64,000 bases of DNA, taken from the NCBI GenBank assembly GCA_964016885.1, contig OZ024741.1:56358001-56422000 (forward strand), given 5' to 3'. Shown here piece by piece: positions 21,345 through 33,650 of the stretch. Numbering within the stretch: the first letter of the stretch is position 1; every line of letters begins with the position of its first letter. This DNA comes from Eledone cirrhosa (taxonomy: Eukaryota). Under the pieces are notes generated by a model that saw nothing but the letters and a program-made list of their open reading frames with translations, did not search any database and was not told where the DNA came from. Position numbers and translations under genes: made by a program.

Positions 21345-22200
21345 TGCATTATGATACATCTTAGTACTTCTTGATGATACATCTCAGTCCTACATTATGA
21401 TACACCTCAGTCCTACATTATGATACACCTCAGTCCTACATTATGATACATCTCTGTCCTACATTATGATACAGTGGATTGGTAGTATCGGTAGAGGGTC
21501 GGACGCCATGCTTTCCAGCATAGTTACGTCCCTTTACGATCTGAGTTCAAGTCCCGCCGAGGTTGACTTTGCCTTTCATCCTTACGGGGTCGATAAAATA
21601 AAGTACCAGTAAGGCACTGGGTAAATACTGGCCTTGTGCCTAAAGTAGAAACAATTATGATACACCTCAGTCCTACATTATGATACATCTAGTTCTACAT
21701 TATGATACATCTAGTTCTACATTATGATACATCTCAGTCATACATTGTGATACATCTCAGTCATACATTATGATATATACATTATGATACATCTCAGTCA
21801 TACGTTATGATATATCTCTGTCCTATATTATGATACATCTCAGTCATACATTATGATATATACATTATGATACATCTCAGTCATACGTTATGATATATCT
21901 CTGTCCTATATTATGATACATCTCAGTCATACATTATGATATATACATTATGATACATCTCAGTCATACATTGATATATCTCTGTCCTATATTATGATAC
22001 ATCTCAGTCATACATTATGATATATACATTATGATACATCTCAGTCATACATTGATATATCTCTGTCCTATATTATGATACATTATAGTATTTCTTGATA
22101 ATACACCTCAGTCATATATTATGATACATCTCAATACTACTTTATGATACACCTCAGTGTTGCTTTATGATACATCTCAGTATTGTTTTATGATACATCA
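21345..22200 (+). repeat. Minisatellite, ~23-bp unit cattatgatacatctcagtccta with higher-order variants, interrupted by a SINE
   Basis: Dozens of attatgatacatctcagt units starting just after the exon ending at 21333. Confidence 0.92.
21474..21653 (+). mobile_element. SINE family A (tRNA-derived head, conserved central domain, ATT tail)
   Basis: A box tggtagtatcgg, B box gagttcaagtccc, core ttgcctttcatccttacggggtcgataaaataaagtaccag; flanked by attatgataca. Confidence 0.88.
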
Positions 22201-22790
22201 CAGTAATGTTCAAGACCTTCAACTTGATGCCTCTGTAGTCTTTTCTACCTAGTGCATCTTCTTTGACTTTGTAATAATTGATGTTGCTGCTGCTATGCCA
22301 GTTATTGGATATGATACCATCCTATATTACTCAACTTACTATCTATGTGACAAGTGTTGGCCCACAATACTAAATATTTTCAGCATCTCTGATGGTCCAG
22401 CTGTCTTTGCAATCATCATATCTTTAATTGTCTTACTTATCACACTACTGCTAACTTGGATGGCCAGTCACTCTCTTGGATCTACTTGGACCCACCTTCT
22501 CCCATGCTTTTTCCTATTTAACAGTTTCTCATATTAGTACTTCTACACTTCCTTCTTTTCAACATCAGTGAAGGTAAGTGTGCTTCTGTCAATTTGAATG
22601 TACTTCTCTCTAATGGCAGCTTAATTTTCTCCTGTACATTGCCTTGCAATCTGGAACACCTTGCGCCTTTCATCCACACAATTTACATGTGCAAACATCT
22701 TATTTTTTGTTTCTTTCAACATGAAGTGCATCTGGAACCTAGCTTCTCTTACTTCTTAGTATAACTTGCTACTTCCACCATTCTTCTAGT
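22200..22790 (-). mobile_element. Old RTE LINE fragment
   Basis: Degenerate similarity to 32050-32580 (tgatggtccagctgtctt; ccttgcaatctggaacacc). Confidence 0.55.
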
Positions 22791-23365
22791 CTTAAAAACC
22801 ATTCATTAAATGTATGAGTATAAGGAAAAATATTTCATTTTCCAAATCCTGAAAACTGATTGTAGTCATCCATATCCCCCAAACCAGAAAGATTCACTGG
22901 TGTTATCCATATCACTGACATCATCAGGGTTGTCAATACTGTCTGAAGTGTCCCTATCTTCAAACAGAATGTCATCTTTGATCTCGGACAGTGCATAGAG
23001 CCAGAATGCATACCTCAAAGCATTCTATCCAATGTTCTAATGACTCTGTCAATTCGCCATTTCTTTTCTATATATTTTTTTCTTAAATGATCGACAAGAT
23101 CCCAGACCTCATTTGCTTACTGAGTTGGGTGGAACTTATCAAACTGGACCAAGTAAACTATGTTTCCATTGGTCATTCCATTGCTGATACTATCTACTGG
23201 CAGAAAGAGCCACATGAAATAAAATGCCTTGCTCAAGGACATAACGCATCACCCAGTCCAGGAATTGAACTTACAACCTGATGATTGCAAATCCAATTCT
23301 CTAACCACTCAGCTACGTGCTGTCACTTGTATAGAAAAACCTTATCTCTCCTTTTTTGTTTACAG

Positions 23366-23430
23366 GAAAGACGGGGTCTGTTATTTCAATATTTTCAAGA
23401 AACAGCTTGGGCCAAATCTTCAAGTGTTTG
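23366..23430 (+). CDS. SMARCAL1: SMARCAL1 internal exon
   Basis: ttgtttacag|...|gtagg; ERRGLLFQYFQETAWAKSSSV(C), equivalent to SMARCAL1 ALILFFNRTAEAKIPSV; phase 0/2 fits both neighbours. Confidence 0.88.
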
Positions 23431-23781
23431 GTAGGTACAACTATATTTTATCTGTCTTTGTCAACTACTCACATATACCACACTCTCACTTCACCTTAAC
23501 ATCCACTGCCAATACTTATCTCTTTACTCCATTACCCACACATACACCAGCTGTTTTTGACATTGTTACTATCTTTTTCTTTCTTTCTTTCATCCCTCCC
23601 TCCTCCTCCTTTACATAAATTTTGTATACTGTTAATATGTATCCATTCTCTGTGTCCCTCCCTCATGGGCACTGCTATGTTACTCCCTGATTTTCCCTCC
23701 ACCTCTGCCTCTCAATACCTTCTCTTCCACTCCCATTCCTTAAAACAGATATCTTCAACAATTATATATTTCATTTAATAG

Positions 23782-23881
23782 TGATTACCTCACAGACCGT
23801 GTGGAAGCTGGTCAAAAGTTCCTGGTATTTGCCCACCATTGTGTGATGATGGATGCTATTGAAGATCATGTCCGAGATAAG
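23782..23881 (+). CDS. SMARCAL1: SMARCAL1 internal exon (motif IV)
   Basis: ttaatag|...|gttag; DYLTDRVEAGQKFLVFAHHCVMMDAIEDHVRDK with KFLVFAHH; phase 2/0. Confidence 0.93.
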
Positions 23882-25112
23882 GTTAGTCTGGTAAAATCAC
23901 CACATACGCACCCACCCACTTATACTTTAGGACTCAAAGTGTGTGTCTGTGGGGAAGGGTGTCACTAAATTATTTTGATTTATTAAATAGATTGTGTATC
24001 CAGTTCAGAATAGGTACACCAATCTCACTGTGTGGTAAGAAGTGACTAAAAGGGTTAGTATCAAGAATTGCTTCTGGATGTAAAACATTGCCTCAAAAAG
24101 TCCTTATGATGATTTTATTTAACTCTTCCTAATGATTTTGAATCAGCTATGAATTGGCAAAGTTGTTAGAATGTCTGATAGAAATCTTTGCAGCATTTCT
24201 TTCAGCTCTCTGCACTTCAAATCCCATCAAGGTCAGCTTTGCGTTTCATCCTTTTGAGGTTGAAAAAACATTACCAATCCACTACTGGGGTTGATTCTTC
24301 CTCTATATCTCTTTTTCACTTCTTTTTTCTTACTCTCTCTCTCCTTCCCTGGAAGAATTTGGCTGTGTTCAGACCTAAAGTGAGATGGGCTCTACCAGGT
24401 TTAAAGTGACCAATACATGCTGTATGTCATGATGCTGCCTCTACAACTCCATGAGGAGTTATGGGTCCATACATACTTACATACAATGATTGTTAGCAAC
24501 CCATCAAATATAATGGGCGTATATATATGACAAAAAGCACCCAGTCCACACTGTAAAGTACTCATGTAGGTGTCACAACAAAAAGCACCCAGTCCACACT
24601 GTAAATGTGGTTGGTGATAAGGAAGGGCAAAGCCAAAAATCGGTCCATTGTGAGCAGGACATGGTCACATCTGGACAACTCGTCTAACCCATGCTAGCAT
24701 GGAAAAGTGAACATTAAACAATGATCATGATGATATCTTATCCATGGAAACACTGTTACAATAAATATAAAAATTTACATACTTTTATAAACATTGAAAT
24801 GGTAAAATATTATTATGTAATGGAGTTGTGAAACAAAAACTATACTCTAAATGACACTGAAAAACATTTTAGTTATGAAAATATTAAAACTTCATAAAAA
24901 TATCCTCCACTCATAGGAATTGACAAAACTGCTCCATATAAACATAATGTGTTAATTAGATGCCTCAGTTTGTACACATTTCTCAGACATAAAATAGCAG
25001 AGAATTTGGATTATCTTATACATGAGTATATATAGTATATATAGTATGAACTGTCACATTCGACATAGCTCTTGCTATCATCACCTGCTGTTTTCATTAT
25101 TCTTTATTGTAG

Positions 25113-25298
25113 TGTAAAGTTGAGTATATTCGCATTGATGGGAAAACCACCAGTCAACAGCGCAAGTTTTTTTGTGACCAGTTTCAGAAAAATGAAGATA
25201 TTCGGTTAGCAATTCTTTCCATCTGTGCTGCAAATTCTGGGTTAAATCTGACAGCAGCAGCCTTGGTTATCTTTGCTGAACTGTTCTGGAATCCTGGG
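25113..25298 (+). CDS. SMARCAL1: SMARCAL1 internal exon (helicase C, motif V)
   Basis: ttgtag|...|gtaagt; CKVEYIRIDGKTTSQQRKFFCDQFQ...LAILSICAANSGLNLTAAALVIFAELFWNPG; phase 0/0. Confidence 0.95.
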
Positions 25299-25336
25299 GT
25301 AAGTACCATCACTATCTCTTGCTTTTTTGTAATTCT

Positions 25337-25564
25337 TTAACCCTTTAGTATTTAAACTGGCTGTATCCGGCCAGAATTATCTCAATTCTATCTGTTCAAA
25401 CCAACTGAAACTGGCTGCCCATACTTATGTCAAGGTATTGTTTTCAAAATAAATAATATCAAAATTTCATAGATTCGATATTATGTGAGGTAATTATGTA
25501 AGGTAAAGTGATTACCATGAAAATACAATAGTAAATACAGAGTAATGTAAATGTTAAAGGGTTA
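25337..25564. mobile_element. piggyBac-type MITE
   Basis: TTAA|ccctttagtattta ... taaatgttaaaggg|TTAA terminal inverted repeats; related copy at ~39721-39949. Confidence 0.6.
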
Positions 25565-25871
25565 AGACTGAACATCAAAGTTTCAATTGTATTCAAATAA
25601 AAATCTTGATGTCCTGACTTAATGTAAATGCTAAAAGGTTAAATATTTTATTTTGGCGGATTTGTGGATAAACTACTTGAGTAGTGATCAGACAATTAGC
25701 AGGTTGTTGTTGAACCTCCATTAGTTCCAATGATGAGTGTTCCAGTTGTTTGAACAACACAACTGGCTGCTAGTGAAATTAATGTACAAATGACACATGT
25801 ATCCTTAATATGATTCAGTAAAATGACTATTTTTTTAAACAAACATTTATTAACAACACATATCTGAATGA

Positions 25872-27030
25872 TTAATAATAATAATAATGAAATTATTGTG
25901 TAAAGTGCTCAGGTGCACTACAACTCGTCAAAGGTGCATGTATAGTACATAGAATAATATACAAATGTCAGAGAAGTGAATAGTGTATGAGTCATGATAT
26001 ACATGTGTGTATGTGTATGGAGGGGGAACATTAGGTGTAGTGTTGGCGAATCTCGGGAAGCATGGAGGTTTTAAAGGATGCAGTATCTCGACAGCTAACA
26101 ACTGATGCAGGTAGTTTGTTCCATGCTTCAGCAACTCTGAGCGTGAAAAAATGTTTCCGAAAGTCATGGGAACTGTGTTGTTTTCTGACTTTGTGGGCAT
26201 GCCAACATGTGTTTGACACATGGAAATAAAAATGGTACTCAGGGTTGTTGTTGGCAAGATGGTTAACAATTTTGTGGGTGTTTACCAAGTCAGTTGCCAG
26301 GCATCGGAGCTTCAATGTATCCATGACCAGGGAAGCAAGGCGTTCAGAGTATGGTAGATGCCTAATGGAGGGTATTCGCTTGGTTGCACGTCTCAGAACA
26401 GTTTCCAGGTGGTCAATGTTCTGAGCAAGATAGGGGTTCCAGACTGGTGATGCAAATTCTAAGTGTGGCCGTACCATAGCCATGTACAGCCTTAAATAGA
26501 TAGCTGGAGAGTGGCTGACAAAGGTCTTGCTGAGTGATGCTAAGACAATTTTAGAGACATGCTTCGTCCAACGCAAATCGCTGCTGACCGTAATGCCCAG
26601 GTCACGTTCACAAGAAGACTTCTTGATATTAGTGCTGTGGAGGGAGTATGTGGACGCTGGGTTTTTACTCCCAAAATGCATGGTGGTGCACTTGTCCACA
26701 GCTAGCTTGAGTTGCCAGTCTGAGATCCATTGTTGCATTGTGTCCAGGTCACACTGCAAGCAAGATCTATAGTGTTCAGGATCTGTCCTTTTTATCTCGA
26801 GGTACAACTTGATGTCATCTGCGTACTTTAGTACCGTGGCATTCTTTAAGTTGGCATCTATGTCATTAATATATGCCACAAACAAAAGGGGGCCAAGAAC
26901 AGATCTCTGTGGTACACCAGATGACATCTCATATGGTGAGGAATGCTGTCCTAGAACCTTGACTACCTCTCTTTGACTGAGAATGAAGGACTTCAACCAG
27001 TTAAAAAGATCATCCCTCACACTCATTGCA
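25872..27030 (-). mobile_element. CR1-type LINE, 5'-truncated copy of the 1646-5150 family (RT C-terminal half plus 3'UTR)
   Basis: ORF 26031-27026 closely matches the C-terminus of the 918-aa ORF2; same 3'UTR and (ATT)n tail. Confidence 0.92.
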
Positions 27031-27701
27031 ACATCAATAAACTAGTAACCCCAACTAGCTTTGAAGTTATGAACTGTTGGAAACGAGTTCAGACATGTTA
27101 GGACAAGTTATCTTGTCCTTGGCACTGGAATGCATACGTTAGGATAAGTTATCTCATCTGTGGCACTGGAATGCATACATGTTAGGATGAGTTAACTTGT
27201 CTATGGCACTGAAGAGGTTAAAGGGTTTCTATTTAAATTAAAATCTTTCAACATAATTATATATATAAAAACCATATGTTATTAATGATATAATTGATAA
27301 TTTTAATAAATTCTTCATTAATTAATTAGAATAGAGTGTATTTCATTAAAAACATGATAAAGAAAGGATTAACAGGTGGCTGTCCACTCATGTCCAGATT
27401 TGTAGTGAACTGAGAAAGTTAAATTGAGTATGGTCTGTTGAACATGTTATTTCATTTTTAACAGCCTACAAAGATTTAGCAGAAAATATCTAAAAACAGG
27501 TTTGTTAATTCAAATGTTTAAAATATCTTCAAAATTGGATAGGGCCCCTAGCCTTCCTGAGCACCCAGTTACAGTGCAGGAACATAAGTGAAACAGACCT
27601 CTAGCCCATCTGAGAAATCAGTAGCTCCACTTGATTACTGACTTGGTCTAACTCTTGCTAGCAGGGAAAATGAATTTTAAATGATGAGGATGATGTGTGT
27701 G

Positions 27702-27747
<46 letters not shown>

Positions 27748-28261
27748 ATATGTATCTCTCTCCCTCTCTCTCTCTGTATGTATATATATATATATATATA
27801 TATGAAGGATGACAGCTGCATAAAACGGTCCAGAGCACTAGAAGTCGATGGAAGTTGCGGAGTGGGGAGACTCAAGAAGACCTTACCCAATTACACCTCT
27901 CAAAGGCAATGACACATGAGTAATACAGAAGACCCGACTTTCCATCGGTACAAGCCGAAGCTGAAGCATATAGACAATATGCCCCCACCCCCTCCCACTG
28001 CAAAGTGATCGTGGAGTTGCCACGGAAAAAAAGCAGCCAGCCCACACTGTAAAGTGGACGTGTAGGTGCTATGGAAAAAAAGCACCCAGCACTCACTGTA
28101 AATGAGGTTGGTGTTAGGAAGGGCATCCAGCTGTAGAAATCAAGCCAGAATCAGTTCCCGTATGATCGGCATGGTCAGCCGACCGGCTACTGCTCACAAC
28201 AGGACAACCTGTCTAACCCATGCTAGCGTGGAACAACGGATGTAAAATGGTGATGATGATA

Positions 28262-28584
28262 TCATCATCATCATTTTACGTCCGCTTTTCCCTGCTTGCA
28301 AGGGTGGGACGGGAACTGATTCTGGCTTGATTTCTACAGCTGGATGCCCTTCCTAACACCAACCTCATTTACAGTGAGTGCTGGGTGCTTTTTTCCGTGG
28401 CGCCTACACGACCACTTTGCAGTGGAATGATAGGGACTCCAGTCCTATTATCTCATTTCTACAGCTGGTAAACTGGAGCCATCTGAAATAAAGTGTCTTG
28501 CTCAAGGAAACAGCACATCACCCAGTCTGAGAATTGAACTCACAACCTTTCAATTGCAAGCCCAATGCTCTAACCACTAAGCCA
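28262..28584 (-). mobile_element. SINE family B: tRNA head, CORE-like domain, RTE-derived 3' tail ending (GAT)n
   Basis: Minus strand reads tggcttagtggttagag...gagttcaattc...ccttgagcaagacac (CORE-like), then the tail shared with the RTE 3'UTR at 30186-30350; closely similar copy at ~37895-38178. Confidence 0.8.
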
Positions 28585-29326
28585 TATATATATATATATA
28601 TATATATTTATTTATTTATTTATTTATTTATTTCATCATCATCATCACCATTTAACATCCATTTTATACTCTAGCATGGGTTAGATGTGTTGTCATGTTG
28701 TGAGATCAGTCAAGCCAGGTGACCATATCTTGCTCATATGGAATTGTTTCTGACTTAGTTTCTATGGCTGGATGCCCTTCCTAATGTTTATCACAAACAG
28801 CATGGAATGGGTGCTTTTTATCGTAACATCAAAATGACCGTTTGACAGAATGGACTGGTTGTTTTTTCATTGTGGTACTAGTATGACCACCTATCGGGTG
28901 AACTGGGTGCCTTTTGTTGTGGCCAAGTCAGTACCGAAATGAGGCTACTGACCTCCCAGACATGCTGAGGCGTCTGTATCCTGCTTATGTGCGGCCATAT
29001 CGAGTGCAGAGGAGAAGTTGTGTCTTTTGACACAAACTGATGGGTACTACTAACTCCTTGTTTGGCAAGCTTTCTACAGCTGTATGCCCTTCCTAACACA
29101 AATCACTTTACAGTGGGTACTGGGTGCTTTTATTGTGTAGATCACCAGCACAAGGGAAGATGTCATCTCTCAACCCTTTGTTTGGCAGGTTTTCTACGGC
29201 TGGATGCCCTGCCTATCGTCAACCAGTTTACAGCATATACTGGGTGCTTTTATCGTGTAGATCACCAACATTAGACAGGTTGTGTCTTTGACACAACTAA
29301 AGGGTCCTCTCAACCTTTTTAGGCAT

Positions 29327-29371
<45 letters not shown>

Positions 29372-29376
<5 letters not shown>

Positions 29377-29572
29377 AAAAGAGTCAGGACACCGACAACT
29401 GAGCTCCGGCCATTTCGACAGCTAGATCCAAACTAAACCAGTAGTATTAGGAGAGTAGGGACCTAGCCGGGACCCAGCTAGGTCCCTACTCTCCTAATAC
29501 TACTGGTTTAGTTTGGACCTAGCTGTCGAAATGGCCGGAGCTCAGCCATCAGGGTCCTGACTCTTTTCCTAT
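29372..29572. repeat. Near-perfect ~200-bp palindrome between (TA)n tracts
   Basis: ataggaaaagagtcaggac...gggacctagc | gctaggtccc...gtcctgactcttttcctat, centre ~29471. Confidence 0.93.
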
Positions 29573-29648
29573 TACCCGCTCTACTACCCTAAGTATTGAG
29601 TACTCTGGTGCGTTATGGTCCACCTGGTTCCTTACCACACTTTCTTTG

Positions 29649-29703
<55 letters not shown>

Positions 29704-29851
29704 AATCATTTAATTGCTTTACATATGTTTCAATACATTATACTTAATTAATGTTTATGTTATGTCCATTTTATTATTACTGGACAATATTAACTCTCTT
29801 CAGATTCTCTCCATGTAACCTTGTTATGTATATATATAATCTTCTTGGTAG

Positions 29852-29952
29852 ATTCTTGTCCAAGCTGAAGATCGTGTACATAGAATTGGACAAATGGATT
29901 CAGTAAACATTCACTATCTTGTGGCTACAGGCACTGCTGATGATTTCATATG
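29852..29952 (+). CDS. SMARCAL1: SMARCAL1 internal exon (motif VI)
   Basis: ttggtag|...|gtaat; [33 protein letters not shown](W); phase 0/2. Confidence 0.95.
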
Positions 29953-30185
29953 GTAATTTTTATATACTTACATTTTTATGTATATGTGTGTCTGTGTTTA
30001 TGTGTGCATATATATATATATATATATATTGTTATACTTTGGGAGGGTCATGAAGCCAACACATAACTTTAGATCAGTTTGACAATCACCACAGATGAAT
30101 ATGGAAAAATTCTCCAGAAAGTTAACCAGGATTTAAAAAAAACTTTCTATCAAAGTTAACAAAAGACTTATTAGATCTACATACC

Positions 30186-32880
30186 ATCATCATCATCATC
30201 ATCATCAACGTTTAACGTCCGTGTTCCACGCTTGCATGGGTTTGGACGGGGGTAGTCCCACTTGAGGCAAGAGTGATTGTCTTGCTCGCATAGGACTGTC
30301 TGGCAGGTTTTCTACAGTTGGATGCCCTTCTTAACACCAACCACATTTACAGTGTGGGTCTGGGAGGTTTTTACCGTGTTGCCTACACGGCCACATTACA
30401 GCGTGGACTGTGTGTTTTTTTGTCGTGACACCTACACGATCTCATTTGTTTCGGCCTGGATGGTGTGGCACCAACATAACTTTACATAGAATGGGGTGGG
30501 GGTGGGACGGGGGGGGGGGGTATTTTGTTAGAGATGCCTACTGGCTGTAGTAGGTTTTACTATGTATTTAGGTAAGGCGGGTCTTCTCTGTTACTGAGTA
30601 CCGCCAAAGGTCTCGGTCCAGTGACATTGTCTTGGAGAGGTGTAAGTGTGTGAGGTCGGAGTTTATCAGCTCGTCCCAGGTTTTTCTAGGTCTGCCTATT
30701 CTGTGGATACCGTCTATCTTTATTGCCCTGCACTTTGTTATACAGCTATCGACTTTCATGCGCATCACGTGTCCATACCAACGTAGCCTTCTCTCGAGTA
30801 AACAACATCTGATCCCTCTTATTTCTAATTTTTTCCTTAGTTTGTTTATGCTTTGCTGTTCACGTATATTACTGTTACACATCCAGCGGAGCATGCAAGC
30901 TTCGTTCCTCTCTAGTCTGCGTATATCCTCTGCACACAATGCCCAGGTCTCACTGCCATGCAACATTGCTGTTCGTATGCAGGCATCGTACAACCTGCCT
31001 TTCATTTTTAGGGAGAACCCTTTAGCAGCTAATAGTGGCATAAGCTCTCTGAACTTTTTCCAACCAGTTCTGACTCTAGCTACTGTACTTTCAGAGCACC
31101 CTCCCCCACTGCTGATTTTATCACCCAGGTAACGGAAACTGTCCACTATTTCTATAGAACCCTCTGCGCAATTGAAAGAGCTAGTATTTTGTGGGCACTT
31201 GCTGCTACTTATTGCACCAGAGCACCGGCCACATGTAAAATCTATGTTCTTAGTTAGCTTACCTGTGATCCCACTACATCTTTTATGCACCCATACTTTG
31301 CATTTGGGACACAAAATGGAGTTTCTACCTACGCCTTTCCTACACACCGAGCACGACCATTTCCCAGAAGGGACCGCCGCCTTATTTTCTTTCCTACAAA
31401 CTAGAACTTTAGTCTTAGCCAGGTTAATTTTAAGTCCTTTTGATTCTAGGCCGTGCTTCCATGTTTGGAATTTCTTCTCTAGCTCGGCCATTGATTCCGC
31501 TATGAGTGTCAGATCGTCTGCGTATAGGAGTTCCCATGGGCAGCCGGTCTTGAACTCCTCTGTTATAGCCTGAAGGGCAATAATAAATAGTAGGGGGCTG
31601 AGAACAGAGCCCTGATGGACGCCAACTTTTACGCTAAACTCTTCACTATATTCGTTGTTAATTCTAACCTTGCTGACTGTTTCTTTATACATGGCTTGTA
31701 TAGCTCTCACAAGCCATTCGTCAACGCCTAGTTTTCTAAGAGCCCACCAGATAATGGAGCGGGGGACTCTGTCGAAGGCTTTCTCCAAGTCGACAAAAGC
31801 TAAGTAGAGGGGCTTACCTTTAGCTAGGTACTTCTCCTGTAGTTGTCGTACAATGAAAAGAGCGTCTGTGGTACTTTTGCCTGACACAAACCCGAACTGC
31901 ATTTCATCTAGGTCAATTCTCTCTCTGATTAGTTGTGCTATTACTTTTTCCGTGACCTTCATGACCTGGTCGATTAATTTAATGCCTCTATAGTTACTCC
32001 TATCTAGGGCGTCTCCTTTACCCTTATAACAGTTAACGATGATGCTGCTATGCCAGTCCTTCGGAACAACCCCATTCTGTACGACTTGGTTAACTATGCG
32101 GGTGACCATGGTGTGTCCCACCGTGCCAGATGCCTTCAGCATCTCAGCAACTATTTCCGAAGGCCCAGCCGCCTTACCCGTCTTCATATCCTTGATTGCC
32201 TTACTTATTATACTCCCCTCGACTAACACTGCTGGTCCCTCTATTGGGTCGATATGGGGGAGACCGTCTTTCTCCCATTTATTCTCCTCATTTAGTAGCC
32301 TTTCATAGTGACACTTCCAAGCTACCTTCTTATCAGCGTCGGTGATGGCAAGTATGCCATCATCGTTAAGTACACACTTCTCCCCGACAATATCACGGTT
32401 TTCCTTGACGCATTGCCTAGCAATCCTGAACACCTCACGTTTTTGGTCATCGCGTTGTAGAACATGCTTGAACTTTCTTTCCTCAGCTTCCTTTCTTGCT
32501 AAGTACACTTGTCTCCTAGCTTCCCTCCTGGCCACTTGATAGTCTTCTCTACTTCCCCCATCCCGCCATACTTTCCAAGCCTGCTTTTTGGCCTTAATTG
32601 ACCCCTCCACCTTACTGTTCCACCACCATGTTACTCTCCTCCTGCCTACAGGCCTGCTCCAGCCACAGACTTCGTCTGTCGCCAACAGCAGGTTGTCCGA
32701 CTCTAAATGTTCTTCCTTACTGTCGAAAGCATCAAGTAATATGCTTTGAAATTTATTTCTGGCTGTGGGGTCCTTTAGCTTCCATATTTTTCTCCTGAGG
32801 ATAGTCCTCTTCTGCTGTCGAGTACGTCTCGTCCTGACTATGAGGTCGCTAATTATCAGTCTATGTTGGGAGGTGCATTC
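30186..32880 (-). mobile_element. RTE-clade LINE, 5'-truncated, RT portion open (705 aa), (GAT)n tail
   Basis: GKAAGP, NYRGIKL, FVDLEKAFDRV, VGVHQGSVLSP, LYADD, YLG, MLHGSETW, LRWYGHV, GRPRKTW. Confidence 0.92.
30568..32685 (-). CDS. RTE reverse transcriptase (partial) with PHD-like zinc finger insert
   Basis: RT motifs as above; CSVC..CPKC..WVHKRC..CGRC lies between the YADD and YLG regions. Confidence 0.85.
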   Translation of the reverse strand: MATDEVCGWSRPVGRRRVTWWWNSKVEGSIKAKKQAWKVWRDGGSREDYQVARREARRQVYLARKEAEERKFKHVLQRDDQKREVFRIARQCVKENRDIVGEKCVLNDDGILAITDADKKVAWKCHYERLLNEENKWEKDGLPHIDPIEGPAVLVEGSIISKAIKDMKTGKAAGPSEIVAEMLKASGTVGHTMVTRIVNQVVQNGVVPKDWHSSIIVNCYKGKGDALDRSNYRGIKLIDQVMKVTEKVIAQLIRERIDLDEMQFGFVSGKSTTDALFIVRQLQEKYLAKGKPLYLAFVDLEKAFDRVPRSIIWWALRKLGVDEWLVRAIQAMYKETVSKVRINNEYSEEFSVKVGVHQGSVLSPLLFIIALQAITEEFKTGCPWELLYADDLTLIAESMAELEKKFQTWKHGLESKGLKINLAKTKVLVCRKENKAAVPSGKWSCSVCRKGVGRNSILCPKCKVWVHKRCSGITGKLTKNIDFTCGRCSGAISSSKCPQNTSSFNCAEGSIEIVDSFRYLGDKISSGGGCSESTVARVRTGWKKFRELMPLLAAKGFSLKMKGRLYDACIRTAMLHGSETWALCAEDIRRLERNEACMLRWMCNSNIREQQSINKLRKKLEIRGIRCCLLERRLRWYGHVMRMKVDSCITKCRAIKIDGIHRIGRPRKTWDELINSDLTHLHLSKTMSLDRDLWRYSVTEKTRLT

Positions 32881-32938
32881 TTTATAAAATTAAATTGTTA
32901 TCGAATACCAACTACAAGTGAAGTCATTCTTTTCCTTT

Positions 32939-32974
<36 letters not shown>

Positions 32975-33166
32975 AAGGGCATCAAGGTGTATAAACCATG
33001 GCAAAAGTGGAACATATAAGCAAGATGTGATCCCCTTGACTTGTCTAGTCTTGGACCATCACAATCCACCCAAACGACTGCAGATTTAAGACAATAAATA
33101 TAAAGATGACAATGTTATTGATAAGTCCAAGTGATAAACTCTCTCTAACTCTTGTATCTTTTTCAG

Positions 33167-33254
33167 GCCTCTAGTGCAAAATAAGCTGAGTATTTTGGGT
33201 AAAGCTGGTCTCTCTAAAGATGACTTTTCAGAAACAGACACAATTCTATTCCAA
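33167..33254 (+). CDS. SMARCAL1: SMARCAL1 internal exon
   Basis: tttttcag|...|gtaagt; (W)PLVQNKLSILGKAGLSKDDFSETDTILFQ, equivalent to SMARCAL1 WPLIQEKIKVLAEAGLS; phase 2/0. Confidence 0.92.
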
Positions 33255-33650
33255 GTAAGTACTCACTTTCAATTTGAATCAATCCAACAATAAGGTTGTT
33301 GTTCTTCCTCTGTAAGGCAGCTAGAGCTTGTGCCATGAAAAATGTTCTTGGTGCATGCTGTAAACTGGTTGGCATTAGGAAGAGTATCTAGCCATTAAAA
33401 AAACTAAGCCCGAAAGGGAACATATAAGTAAGACGTGGTTACTTGACTTGTCTGGCCTCATAATGTGACAACCCATCTGACTTAGTGCAAGCATTGAAAA
33501 TAGATGGCAAATAGTGGTGATGATGATGATTTCAATATCTCCTTTCTCTGTTTTCCTTTTCTCTGTTTTCTTCTTTCTTATACTGAAGGGTTGATCATGT
33601 AAGATAAGGTTTACATGAACTTCCCTGTTTTCATAATATATAGCCAGACA

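Noticed and set aside
21474-21560. tRNA genes at the SINE heads
   Set aside because: A and B boxes are present, but there is no complete cloverleaf and each head continues into SINE body, tail and TSD.
21345-22200. 23-bp repeat array as a CRISPR or regulatory array
   Set aside because: Contiguous minisatellite without spacers.
29372-29650. Hammerhead ribozyme in the palindrome (and at the Penelope-like end near 20190)
   Set aside because: CGAAA is present in the palindrome, but no correctly placed CUGANGA core was found on either strand at either site.
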